A model generated the notes under the pieces. The model was not told the DNA's origin. It saw only the letters and a list, made by a program, of their open reading frames with translations, and searched no databases. The translations under genes were made by a program, and so were the position numbers. Positions 19,947 to 27,414 of a stretch of DNA of 32,000 nucleotides are shown one piece after another; position 1 is the stretch's first letter, and the number at the start of each line of letters is the position of its first letter. Source of the DNA: Promethearchaeum syntrophicum (lineage in GTDB: Archaea > Asgardarchaeota > Lokiarchaeia > Sigyniarchaeales > Promethearchaeaceae); contig NZ_CP042905.2 in NCBI RefSeq assembly GCF_008000775.2, positions 1,830,001-1,862,000 of the forward strand. Reading direction: 5' to 3'.

Positions 19947-20033
19947 ATGCCAAAAAAAACAGTAAAAAAAAAAAAAAAACTTAAAAAAACAACACAAGTA
20001 GTAAAAAAAAACAAAAAAAAAAATGAAAATTGA
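19947..20033 (+). CDS. Lysine-rich micropeptide A, MPKKTVKKKKKLKKTTQVVKKNKKKNEN (28 aa), absent from the ORF track
   Basis: Strong Shine-Dalgarno GGAGGTG at 19935-19941, ATG at 19947, TGA at 20031; syntenic counterpart after the paralogous ORF B. Confidence 0.55.
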   Translation: MPKKTVKKKKKLKKTTQVVKKNKKKNEN

Positions 20034-20177
20034 AAGAACAAAAAAGAATTCTTTTATACAATATAATTTGTCTTTAAAAATACGAATCCTGGTTCTAAAT
20101 TGAATCATGTATTTTTTTAGAATTTTTTCAAAATAATTCAAAAAACCACAAAGAAGAAGAGGTATTACAAAAAAATT

Positions 20178-21308
20178 ATGGAATTCGATATAAATGTTGT
20201 AAATTCTGAAAATGATCAAAATATATTAGATCGATTTGATGCTAATTATAGTGAATTAAAACTGCTTTCTAGGATAAAACTTCCCTCTAAAATAAGACGA
20301 GTGGGATTAACATTTAATGCTCGACCAGATGATAATATTCCAGAGAGTGATAATGTCTCATTAGAATATGACGAACCAGAGACAATATTTGCAATTCGTG
20401 ATGCACTTCAAAGTGGAGGATATGATGTAGTTCTTTTAGAAGCCGATCAAGATTTTATGGAAAAATTAAAACAGAATCAAGTTGATTTTGTTTTTAATAT
20501 TGCGGAAGGGATTCAAGGTGAATCGCGAGAGTCCCACATTCCTGCAATGCTTGAAATGATGGGTATTCCGTATACAGGTTCTGGCGTGTTAAGTCAAGCA
20601 ATATCCTTAAGTAAAACTCGAACCAAGGAGATTTTAACATACTATAAAATACCCACTCCGAAATATCAATCTTTTAGCAATTCAACAGAAAAATTAGAAA
20701 AGAAGTTTAAATATCCTGTAATTATTAAACCCGATGCAGAGGGATCTAGTGTTGGTATCACTAATGGATCAGTTGTACTCAATGAAAAGCATCTTAGACA
20801 ACAAGTTGAAAAGGTTATTCAAACATTTCCAGGTCCAGCTTTAGCAGAAGAATTCTGTTCTGGGCGAGAATTTACGGTTGGAATAATAGGTAACAATCCT
20901 CCGAAAGTTTTACCGATCATTGAAGTAACTTTCGATCATTTGCCCTCAAACATGGTAAAAATGGATTCCTATGAATCAAAATGGATTTTTGACACAATAG
21001 ATAATGTGAATGATCCTCTTCGATGTCCTGCAAAAATAACACCAAAACTTAAACAAATAATTGAAAATATTGCAATAAAAACTTATACTGTATTGGGTTG
21101 CGTAGATTTGTGCCGAATAGATATTCGTTTGAATAAAAGGGGAATTCCTAATGTTTTAGAAGTTAATGCTCTACCTGGATTAAATCCTAATCCTAGCTTT
21201 CATTCTCGATTTCCCTATGCATGTGCCAAAGCAGGAATTTCTTATGATCAGATGATTTTAACAGTCTTTCAGGCAGGATTAGATCGTTATCGAAAAAAAA
21301 ATATGTAA
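20178..21308 (+). CDS. D-Ala-D-Ala-ligase-like ATP-grasp enzyme
   Basis: VDFVFNIAEGIQGESRESHIPAMLEMMGIPYTGSG, YPVIIKPDAEGSSVGI, RIDIRLNKRGIPNVLEVNALPGLNPNPSF. Confidence 0.9.
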   Translation: MEFDINVVNSENDQNILDRFDANYSELKLLSRIKLPSKIRRVGLTFNARPDDNIPESDNVSLEYDEPETIFAIRDALQSGGYDVVLLEADQDFMEKLKQNQVDFVFNIAEGIQGESRESHIPAMLEMMGIPYTGSGVLSQAISLSKTRTKEILTYYKIPTPKYQSFSNSTEKLEKKFKYPVIIKPDAEGSSVGITNGSVVLNEKHLRQQVEKVIQTFPGPALAEEFCSGREFTVGIIGNNPPKVLPIIEVTFDHLPSNMVKMDSYESKWIFDTIDNVNDPLRCPAKITPKLKQIIENIAIKTYTVLGCVDLCRIDIRLNKRGIPNVLEVNALPGLNPNPSFHSRFPYACAKAGISYDQMILTVFQAGLDRYRKKNM

Positions 21309-21321
21309 ATTGAAGGTAATT

Positions 21322-22887
21322 ATGTTGAGAATTGGAATTTTTTATAATATCGTTGAACAGTTGGATCGTGGATTTGAAAGCGATAAAATAGCTGATAATG
21401 AAATTATCCAAACTGTTGATTTAGTTTTTAACGCACTTTCAAAGGATCATGAAGTTATTCTTCTTAGGCTTTCCAAAAAAACCATTTCATTAATAACCGA
21501 ATCATACTTTGATATAGTATTCAATCTCTGTGAAGGTTTTGAAGGCAATGTTGAAGCCGAAGCTTATATTCCTGCTTTGTTAGAATTACTTCATATCCCT
21601 TATACAGGTTCCAACTCATTTACTTTAGCTCTTTGTCTGGATAAAGTTCGCACCAAGCAAATTTTAAAAGCATATGATATATTAACACCACGATTTCAAT
21701 TATTCTCGAATAACAATGAAAAAGTCAATGATGATTTGTCTTTTCCATTAATCGTTAAACCAGTCCATGAAGATGCGAGCATTGGGATTTCAATTAATTC
21801 AGTAGTAAAAAATAATGAAGAATTAAAATCTCAAATACATTTTGTTTTAGATAATTACCATCAACCTGCTTTGGTTGAAGAATATATTGATGGGAGAGAA
21901 ATAAATGCTGCAGTAATTGGAAATGGTAACGATCTTGAAATTCTTCCTCTTTCAGAAATAATATTTGATATAGATCCCTATATACCTCGAATAATGGATT
22001 ATAAAAGTAAATGGGTAGAAGATTCATATATGTTTCAACGAACTAAAGGGATATCTCCAGCTGAAATTGATGATTTTTTATCTGAAAAAATACAAGATAT
22101 TGCTAAACGTGCTTATCAAGCTACTGGATGTCGAGATTACGCAAGGGTTGATTTTCGCATTAAAAACGAGGAGATTTTTGTTTTAGAAGTTAATCCAAAC
22201 CCAGGAATTAATTCGGATAGTGGCTTTTTTCGTTGCGCAATAACTTCTGGCATGAATTATAAGCAATTTATTAAAAAAATTCTTTCAGTAGCAGTTAAAC
22301 GATATCAAATAAGAATCGATAAAACACAAATGGAATCTCAAAAAGAAAATCCTGTTCATTCATCTGAAAATTTAGATTTTTATTATGTTCGGTTAAAAAA
22401 TATTCCCTTATTACAAGAATGGTTTAATAACCCCGCGATTGCTCAATTTATGTCGGATCCTGATACTAAATCTGAAAAAGACCCTCTTATCGCTTCATAT
22501 ATCCTTAAATCTAACCCGAAAGATTATACAATCCCTAAAGATGGTATTTATTTCATAGTAACAGATAGAATTTCTCAAAAACAAATGGGTTATTGTGCAA
22601 TTTACGATATTACTTGGTGGAATAGCACAGCTGAGATTTCTTATTTAATTGGAGATGAAAATTTTTTAAAAAAAGGTTTTTCAAAGGAAATTATAAGTGG
22701 ATTACTCTACTTTGCTGAAAAAGAATTAAAATTGTGCCGTCTTGAAGCCTCAGTTACTCAAAAAAATATAGCTTCCTGGATATCTTTAGAAAAAACGGGA
22801 TTCGAGCGTGTTGGTTATAGAACATGTACTCATCGTTTACACGGTGAATCATATGACGAATATATTTATGAATATGTGTTTGAATAA
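21322..22887 (+). CDS. ATP-grasp enzyme (paralogue of the preceding gene) with C-terminal GNAT acetyltransferase domain
   Basis: FDIVFNLCEGFEGNVEAEAYIPALLELLHIPYTGSN, FPLIVKPVHEDASIGI, RVDFRIKNEEIFVLEVNPNPGINSDSGF, then a RimJ/RimL-like GNAT region (GYCAIYDITWWNSTAEISYLIGDENFLKKGFSKEIISGLLYFAEKEL...RLEASVTQKNIASWISLEKTGF). ATG at 21322 with GAAGGT 4 nt upstream is preferred over TTG 21310. Confidence 0.88.
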   Translation: MLRIGIFYNIVEQLDRGFESDKIADNEIIQTVDLVFNALSKDHEVILLRLSKKTISLITESYFDIVFNLCEGFEGNVEAEAYIPALLELLHIPYTGSNSFTLALCLDKVRTKQILKAYDILTPRFQLFSNNNEKVNDDLSFPLIVKPVHEDASIGISINSVVKNNEELKSQIHFVLDNYHQPALVEEYIDGREINAAVIGNGNDLEILPLSEIIFDIDPYIPRIMDYKSKWVEDSYMFQRTKGISPAEIDDFLSEKIQDIAKRAYQATGCRDYARVDFRIKNEEIFVLEVNPNPGINSDSGFFRCAITSGMNYKQFIKKILSVAVKRYQIRIDKTQMESQKENPVHSSENLDFYYVRLKNIPLLQEWFNNPAIAQFMSDPDTKSEKDPLIASYILKSNPKDYTIPKDGIYFIVTDRISQKQMGYCAIYDITWWNSTAEISYLIGDENFLKKGFSKEIISGLLYFAEKELKLCRLEASVTQKNIASWISLEKTGFERVGYRTCTHRLHGESYDEYIYEYVFE

Positions 22888-22930
22888 AGAAATATTTTAT
22901 AATAGCATAAAAATTTTCTTGAAAGAAGGA

Positions 22931-22992
22931 GCAATAATGTTTCTATGCATATTTTAGCATTTCCAATTTTTCCATATTAACTTTTTATTTCA
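22931..22992 (-). pseudogene. Remnant of the N-terminus of the 405-aa protein gene (see 17881..19098)
   Basis: Minus-strand translation MK*KVNMEKLEMLKYA*KHYC against MKYKNTLEKTEMLKYAQKHYF of the intact gene; two in-frame stops, no downstream continuation. Confidence 0.85.
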
Positions 22993-23321
22993 TAAAAACA
23001 ATAACTTCTAAATCGTAATTTTCTTATTTTTGGTCAATTTATGCCAATAAGGGATATAATTAGATTCAAATCGCATTTTGGGTAAAATTTTCATTAAAAA
23101 AAAGATTTAATACTATCTTTTTATAAGATTAATACCCATTTTTTCAACTTGAATCAAGAAAATCTTAGCTATGAATATTTAAAACTGCTCAACATGATAA
23201 ATTCCTTTTTCTTCCTTTATTGGATATGTAGAAGTCCAGTTTAAACATATAAATTTCAAGCTTCTACGCACATAATTTAGAATTAAAGCGATGTAATGTT
23301 TTTCCATAACCTTTATCTTAT

Positions 23322-23335
23322 ACAAATATATATAA
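23322..23335 (+). promoter_or_regulatory. Putative TATA box of cassette B (ACAAATATATATAA)
   Basis: Same position and flanking context relative to the ATG as in copy A. Confidence 0.4.
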
Positions 23336-23380
23336 TCTTCAAATAAAAAAAATTTTTTTTGTTATTATCACTACCACAAG

Positions 23381-23806
23381 ATGAAAAAATCAAAAATAAT
23401 AATCAAATATTGCAAACTTTTGAAGAAAATTAGTGATTTACTTGATATAATTGAGAGATTAACTAAAAATGCTTTAAGTATCTCAAAAAATACTGTTTTT
23501 TATAATCATTCTGATCAGAAATATAAAATACAATTAATTTTATTTGATGTAAATTTTATAGGATTTTTTGAATTTTGTTATCTTTCTTTATGTTTTAACA
23601 ATATTGGATGTTATTTTGTGGAAATTCAAGAAATTGAAGCAAGGTGTATATCTAAAATTAGGATTAATGCAACTTTCAATGTTCAAAATATATTTTTTGG
23701 AACTATATTTAATTCCAAAGAAGAGTATACAAATAAAAATCAGAGAGACAAATTGATTTGTCCGAATAATATTCTTAAGTCTTATCCTATAGGGTGTTTG
23801 ACTTAA
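23381..23806 (+). CDS. Orphan duplicated protein B (141 aa), unknown function
   Basis: Paralogue of 19481..19897; hand alignment gives roughly 68 identical residues of 141. Confidence 0.75.
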   Translation: MKKSKIIIKYCKLLKKISDLLDIIERLTKNALSISKNTVFYNHSDQKYKIQLILFDVNFIGFFEFCYLSLCFNNIGCYFVEIQEIEARCISKIRINATFNVQNIFFGTIFNSKEEYTNKNQRDKLICPNNILKSYPIGCLT

Positions 23807-23857
23807 GAAAAAGGAAAAATTTGATGAAATATCAAAATTGAACTAGTAGGTGAATAA

Positions 23858-23962
23858 ATGCAAGCAAAAAAGTCAAAAAAACAGAAAAAAAATAAGCAAA
23901 ACAAAAAAACAACACAGAAAAAAAGTGAAGAAAATTACAATGTTAATTTGTATATAGATTGA
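23858..23962 (+). CDS. Lysine-rich micropeptide B, MQAKKSKKQKKNKQNKKTTQKKSEENYNVNLYID (34 aa), absent from the ORF track
   Basis: Same position after ORF B as micropeptide A after ORF A; conserved upstream TAGGTGAA against GAGGTGAA; shared core KKxKKxxKxxKKTTQxxKK. Confidence 0.5.
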   Translation: MQAKKSKKQKKNKQNKKTTQKKSEENYNVNLYID

Positions 23963-24059
23963 AAGACAAAATAAAATTTATATAAGTGCTTTAAAAAAGA
24001 GTTTTTGAAGATATGAATTCTGGTTCTATATTGAATCACATATTTTTTTTGAGTTTTTC

Positions 24060-25601
24060 CTAAATTTTTTCTAACGTCATCCCCCCTAATATCTGAGGTG
24101 GATGTGAATTATAAAATTCTACGGCTTCTTTCAGTCTTTTTTCATTATATGAATAGATTTTAAAAATGATTTCTCCTTTTTTGGTATTTTGCCCGATTTT
24201 TCGCTCAATTACAATTCCTGCTTCCTTCACACCTGGACATCCTGCAATCTTTGCAATTCTGTTAACATATTCATTCCTAACTGCTGTTATAAAGCCATTA
24301 TCAGTTGATTTCATCTCTGCAACAAACGGGCCTATCTTTATATCTTCTGGTTTAATTTCAGGATCTCCTCCTTGGGCTTTAATAATCCTCTTCATAGCTT
24401 TATATGCTTTTCCAGAGTTCAAAATTTCTAAAGCTAACTCCTTACCTTCACCTTCCTGTGCTTTTCCCGCCATCTCGAGTAAGATTCCCGCTAATTCACA
24501 AGATTTATTCCGAAGGCTAGAAGGGCCAAAAGAAGGATCAATTAATAATTTTAAAGCTTCTTGAGCTTCTAAGGCTGGTCCAACAGCATGTCCGATTGGT
24601 TGAGATGCATTTGTGAGTAAGCAGATACATTCAACACCCACTCTTCTTGCAATTTCTTTAAATTTATTGGCGAATTTCCTTCCATCTTCAAGCATTGGGA
24701 ATTTTGTTCCTTTTCCACAAGGAATATCTAAAACTAATTTCCGAACACCAAGAGCTTTTTTCTTACAAAGTATGCTAGCTATCATTAAAGGTAGAGGGTC
24801 TAATGTTAATGGTTTTTCAACCCTTATTAGGGCATTATCGGCTGGAGCTAAGTCTAATTCTCCCCCCCAAATAATTCCTGCTTTTTCTTTTTGTAATAAT
24901 TTCACTACTTCTTCTTTTGGAAAAGTCACAGGTGCAAGAACTTCAAAACTATCAGCTGTTCCCGATGGGCTGGTAATTGCACGTGTTGATGTTTTTGGAA
25001 TGAGTAATCCTGCAGCAGCGACAATAGGAACAATAATTAATGTAACTTTATTTCCTGGAACTCCTCCCGTGCTGTGTTTATCATAACATTCTGGACCAAA
25101 ATCTAAAACTTCTCCTGAATGTGTCATAGCCTCGGTCAAATCAACAATTTCATCATTTTTAGCACCCATAGTTTCCAATCCAACAATAAATGCTGCTTTT
25201 TCAATTGCTAGTAAGTTATCATGAGTACAATCCTGAATAATCTCTTGAATTTGAGTTGTAGTAAGTTTTTTTCCCTTAACTTTCTCTTTAATAGATAAAA
25301 ATGATTTCGGTCGTGAAGATAATTGAATTTCTATCTCTTTTGTTTTAGAACTTAATTCTAATTTCTTTGCAACTTCATCATATAAACCAACTTCTCCTCG
25401 CTTTAGCATTTCTTCTCCGGTAGCTATGTCGATAATTGTAATTATCCCGGGTTCAATAATGCTACCATTTTCTTCATCAATATGAAATATTCTCACCCTA
25501 TCTCCGGGTTTTGCCCCCAATTCAAATGCGTCATCATCATCCATGATGATAATCCGAACGGCACCCGTGCTAATTCCCAGTTTTTTAAATTTAAATCTCA
25601 T
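24060..25601 (-). CDS. deoA: AMP phosphorylase (archaeal thymidine-phosphorylase-like)
   Basis: DKHSTGGVPGNKVTLIIVPIVAAAG, TSPSGTADSFEVLAPV, TNASQPIGHAVGPALEA, plus the extended N-terminal domain typical of archaeal AMPpase. Confidence 0.9.
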   Translation of the reverse strand: MRFKFKKLGISTGAVRIIIMDDDDAFELGAKPGDRVRIFHIDEENGSIIEPGIITIIDIATGEEMLKRGEVGLYDEVAKKLELSSKTKEIEIQLSSRPKSFLSIKEKVKGKKLTTTQIQEIIQDCTHDNLLAIEKAAFIVGLETMGAKNDEIVDLTEAMTHSGEVLDFGPECYDKHSTGGVPGNKVTLIIVPIVAAAGLLIPKTSTRAITSPSGTADSFEVLAPVTFPKEEVVKLLQKEKAGIIWGGELDLAPADNALIRVEKPLTLDPLPLMIASILCKKKALGVRKLVLDIPCGKGTKFPMLEDGRKFANKFKEIARRVGVECICLLTNASQPIGHAVGPALEAQEALKLLIDPSFGPSSLRNKSCELAGILLEMAGKAQEGEGKELALEILNSGKAYKAMKRIIKAQGGDPEIKPEDIKIGPFVAEMKSTDNGFITAVRNEYVNRIAKIAGCPGVKEAGIVIERKIGQNTKKGEIIFKIYSYNEKRLKEAVEFYNSHPPQILGGMTLEKI

Positions 25602-25702
25602 AATTGAAGTATCTTTTCTGCGCTTAAATTAATTTGCCTACGAATACAGTAAAAGAAAAAATAATTTGAAAAAGGTAGAAAAAAAGATTTTTCTTGATTA
25701 AA

Positions 25703-27031
25703 TTAAAGATTAATCATCAAAGGAAATATCACTTCAAACGGTCCCCGAGAATTTCCATCTCCATCTTTGAAGGAAACAATAGTTTTAATGGGGAGTTCAC
25801 CAACATCAGACGCTTTGATCAAAATTTGCCATTTGATGTTTTCATTAGGACTCAAGGCATATATTTTCTTATCCAAGGTCCCCCGCATCATACGTATATT
25901 TTCATCTGGAAATTCAAAAATTATATCGATTTCCATTGCATCGCCGTCGCTGTTATTTGAAACAACCACTTGTAGGGGAAAAGATTGATTTATAACAGGT
26001 GTTTTCTGGGGAATTAGATTTATTCCCAATATTGCTGCTGGAGAAGTTATTTTAAGTTGTTTTATATCTGACACTGCATAAAATTTTAATAATTTATTAA
26101 TCTCAAGTGTCAATTTAATAGGTCCGATATGTGCTTTACCAGGAAAATTGGTTCGGAATTTGAAAGGAAGAGTATTGACTTCTTTTTTATTAAACTCTAA
26201 TTCGGTAGGTAAAGACGGCTTTTCTTTCAATGAAACATTCTCACTAAGATTGAATTCAATGTTTGTGATTGAAAGTGAATCAATTTTACTTGGGACTTTT
26301 TTATGTTTCTCAATTTCTTTAATTTTGACAATATTTAACTGACTAGGTACTTCTACAATTGAATCGCGTTCAAATTCATTTTCTGTTAGATTTAATGAAA
26401 AATCTGTCTCTAAGGTGGCGTAAGTTACTAAAAATGCTTGTTGGATTAATCTACTTTCCGCTAAACTGTATTTATCCAATTGAATATTTTTTATAATTTT
26501 TTTAATATATTGCTCGTTTTTATTTAGAACAGCATTTGAAAGATTATGAACAAGTTTCATTAGGATATGTTCTGTAAAAATATCAGTCTCAAATAAATTT
26601 CTGAACCTTTTTATTGAATCTATTGCTTCCTCTTGTTCTCCTACAATAAAATGACACATAAATCCAAAACACACGTTTTCTGTGGCGATTTCCTCTTTAT
26701 TCTTCATATCTGATTTCATTATTGATTTTGCCGTAATATCAAAATAATCGCGAGCTTTTGAAATATCTTTTAGAAGAAGACAACAGTTTGCTGCTTTTCT
26801 TTGCACTACTGCCGCTCGATGATAATTCCTATCTCCACCAAGTCGAGAAAAATTCTTACTCGTAAATCTATAACACTGCTCAGAAATTTTCCATTCTTCT
26901 AATTCAAAGAATAAATCACCAGCTTTTAAGAAATTCTCTGCAGACCTTTTAAAATCGTGATTATCCATGTAGCGTTCGGCCTTAGCGAGTAATACTTCGC
27001 CTTTTTCCCGAATTTTTTCTTCTTTCCCCAT
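25703..27031 (-). CDS. TPR/alpha-solenoid protein with C-terminal Ig/appendage-like beta-sandwich (442 aa)
   Basis: N-terminal helical repeats AERYMDNHDFKRSAENFLKAGDLFFELEEWKISEQCYRFTSKNF...RAAVVQRKAANCCLLLKDISKARDYFDITAKS; C-terminal LQVVVSNNSDGDAMEIDIIFEFPD...LSPNENIKWQILIKASDVGELPIKTIVSFKDGDGN. Confidence 0.65.
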   Translation of the reverse strand: MGKEEKIREKGEVLLAKAERYMDNHDFKRSAENFLKAGDLFFELEEWKISEQCYRFTSKNFSRLGGDRNYHRAAVVQRKAANCCLLLKDISKARDYFDITAKSIMKSDMKNKEEIATENVCFGFMCHFIVGEQEEAIDSIKRFRNLFETDIFTEHILMKLVHNLSNAVLNKNEQYIKKIIKNIQLDKYSLAESRLIQQAFLVTYATLETDFSLNLTENEFERDSIVEVPSQLNIVKIKEIEKHKKVPSKIDSLSITNIEFNLSENVSLKEKPSLPTELEFNKKEVNTLPFKFRTNFPGKAHIGPIKLTLEINKLLKFYAVSDIKQLKITSPAAILGINLIPQKTPVINQSFPLQVVVSNNSDGDAMEIDIIFEFPDENIRMMRGTLDKKIYALSPNENIKWQILIKASDVGELPIKTIVSFKDGDGNSRGPFEVIFPLMINL

Positions 27032-27166
27032 TGGTTCAAGATTTATGTTTTTGCTAAAAAAATTTTATGGTTTTATGGTTTATTTTTTATATTAAAATGG
27101 CTCTAATTAGTTCCTTAAAACCTACTTTAAGAAAATTAATCTAAAAAAATAATGAGGTAACACAAA

Positions 27167-27225
27167 TATTCAGAAAAAAAACCACACCTCTTTATTATCG
27201 TTTTTTCCTATTTTTTTCTTAACAT
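27167..27225. repeat. ~60-bp interspersed repeat, copy 1
   Basis: TATTCAGAAAAAAAACCACACCTCTTTATTATCGTTTTTTCCTATTTTTTTCTTAACATGA; compare 31386-31446. Confidence 0.8.
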
Positions 27226-27414
27226 GAATAAATCAAGTAGAAATTATTTATGGGAAAATATTAAACCAATATCAATAATATTTAAAAAAATGACTTTAAT
27301 ATCTCCCACTTTATTTGGTTTATGGTGGATAAAGAAAGTAATAGATTTTATTCACTAAATTCTTGATATAAATTAATTAAGAATTCATGCAAAAGAGATA
27401 AAAATGGAAAAAAA

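Larger units (their letters stand above)
19028..20125 (+). repeat. Diverged direct repeat, copy A (~1.1 kb)
   Basis: Aligns colinearly by eye with 22926-24070: TTTCATAA..ACAATAAC.TCTAA, TGCCAATAAGG, AACCTTTAT, the ORF, Lys-rich micropeptide, and ATNCTGGTTCTANATTGAATCA..TATTTTTTT. Confidence 0.85.
22926..24070 (+). repeat. Diverged direct repeat, copy B (~1.1 kb)
   Basis: Colinear with copy A at 19028-20125; right end reaches the 3' end of the AMP phosphorylase gene. Confidence 0.85.

Noticed and set aside
19878-20219. 113-aa minus-strand ORF rich in Phe
   Set aside because: It is the antisense shadow of poly-A/Lys-codon tracts of micropeptide A and overlaps the start of the ATP-grasp gene; its FFFFF runs are compositional.
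21793-22027. Minus-strand ORF 21794..22027 and the other small ORF 21193..21411
   Set aside because: Both overlap the ATP-grasp coding sequences on the opposite strand and have no supporting signals.
19028-24070. Composite transposon or integron flanked by direct repeats
   Set aside because: No transposase, integrase, terminal inverted repeats or target-site duplications seen; the repeat contains a fragment of a neighbouring gene, which fits segmental duplication better.
24166-25086. Plus-strand ORFs 24166..24564 and 24613..25086
   Set aside because: Antisense to the well-supported AMP phosphorylase gene; typical shadow ORFs.
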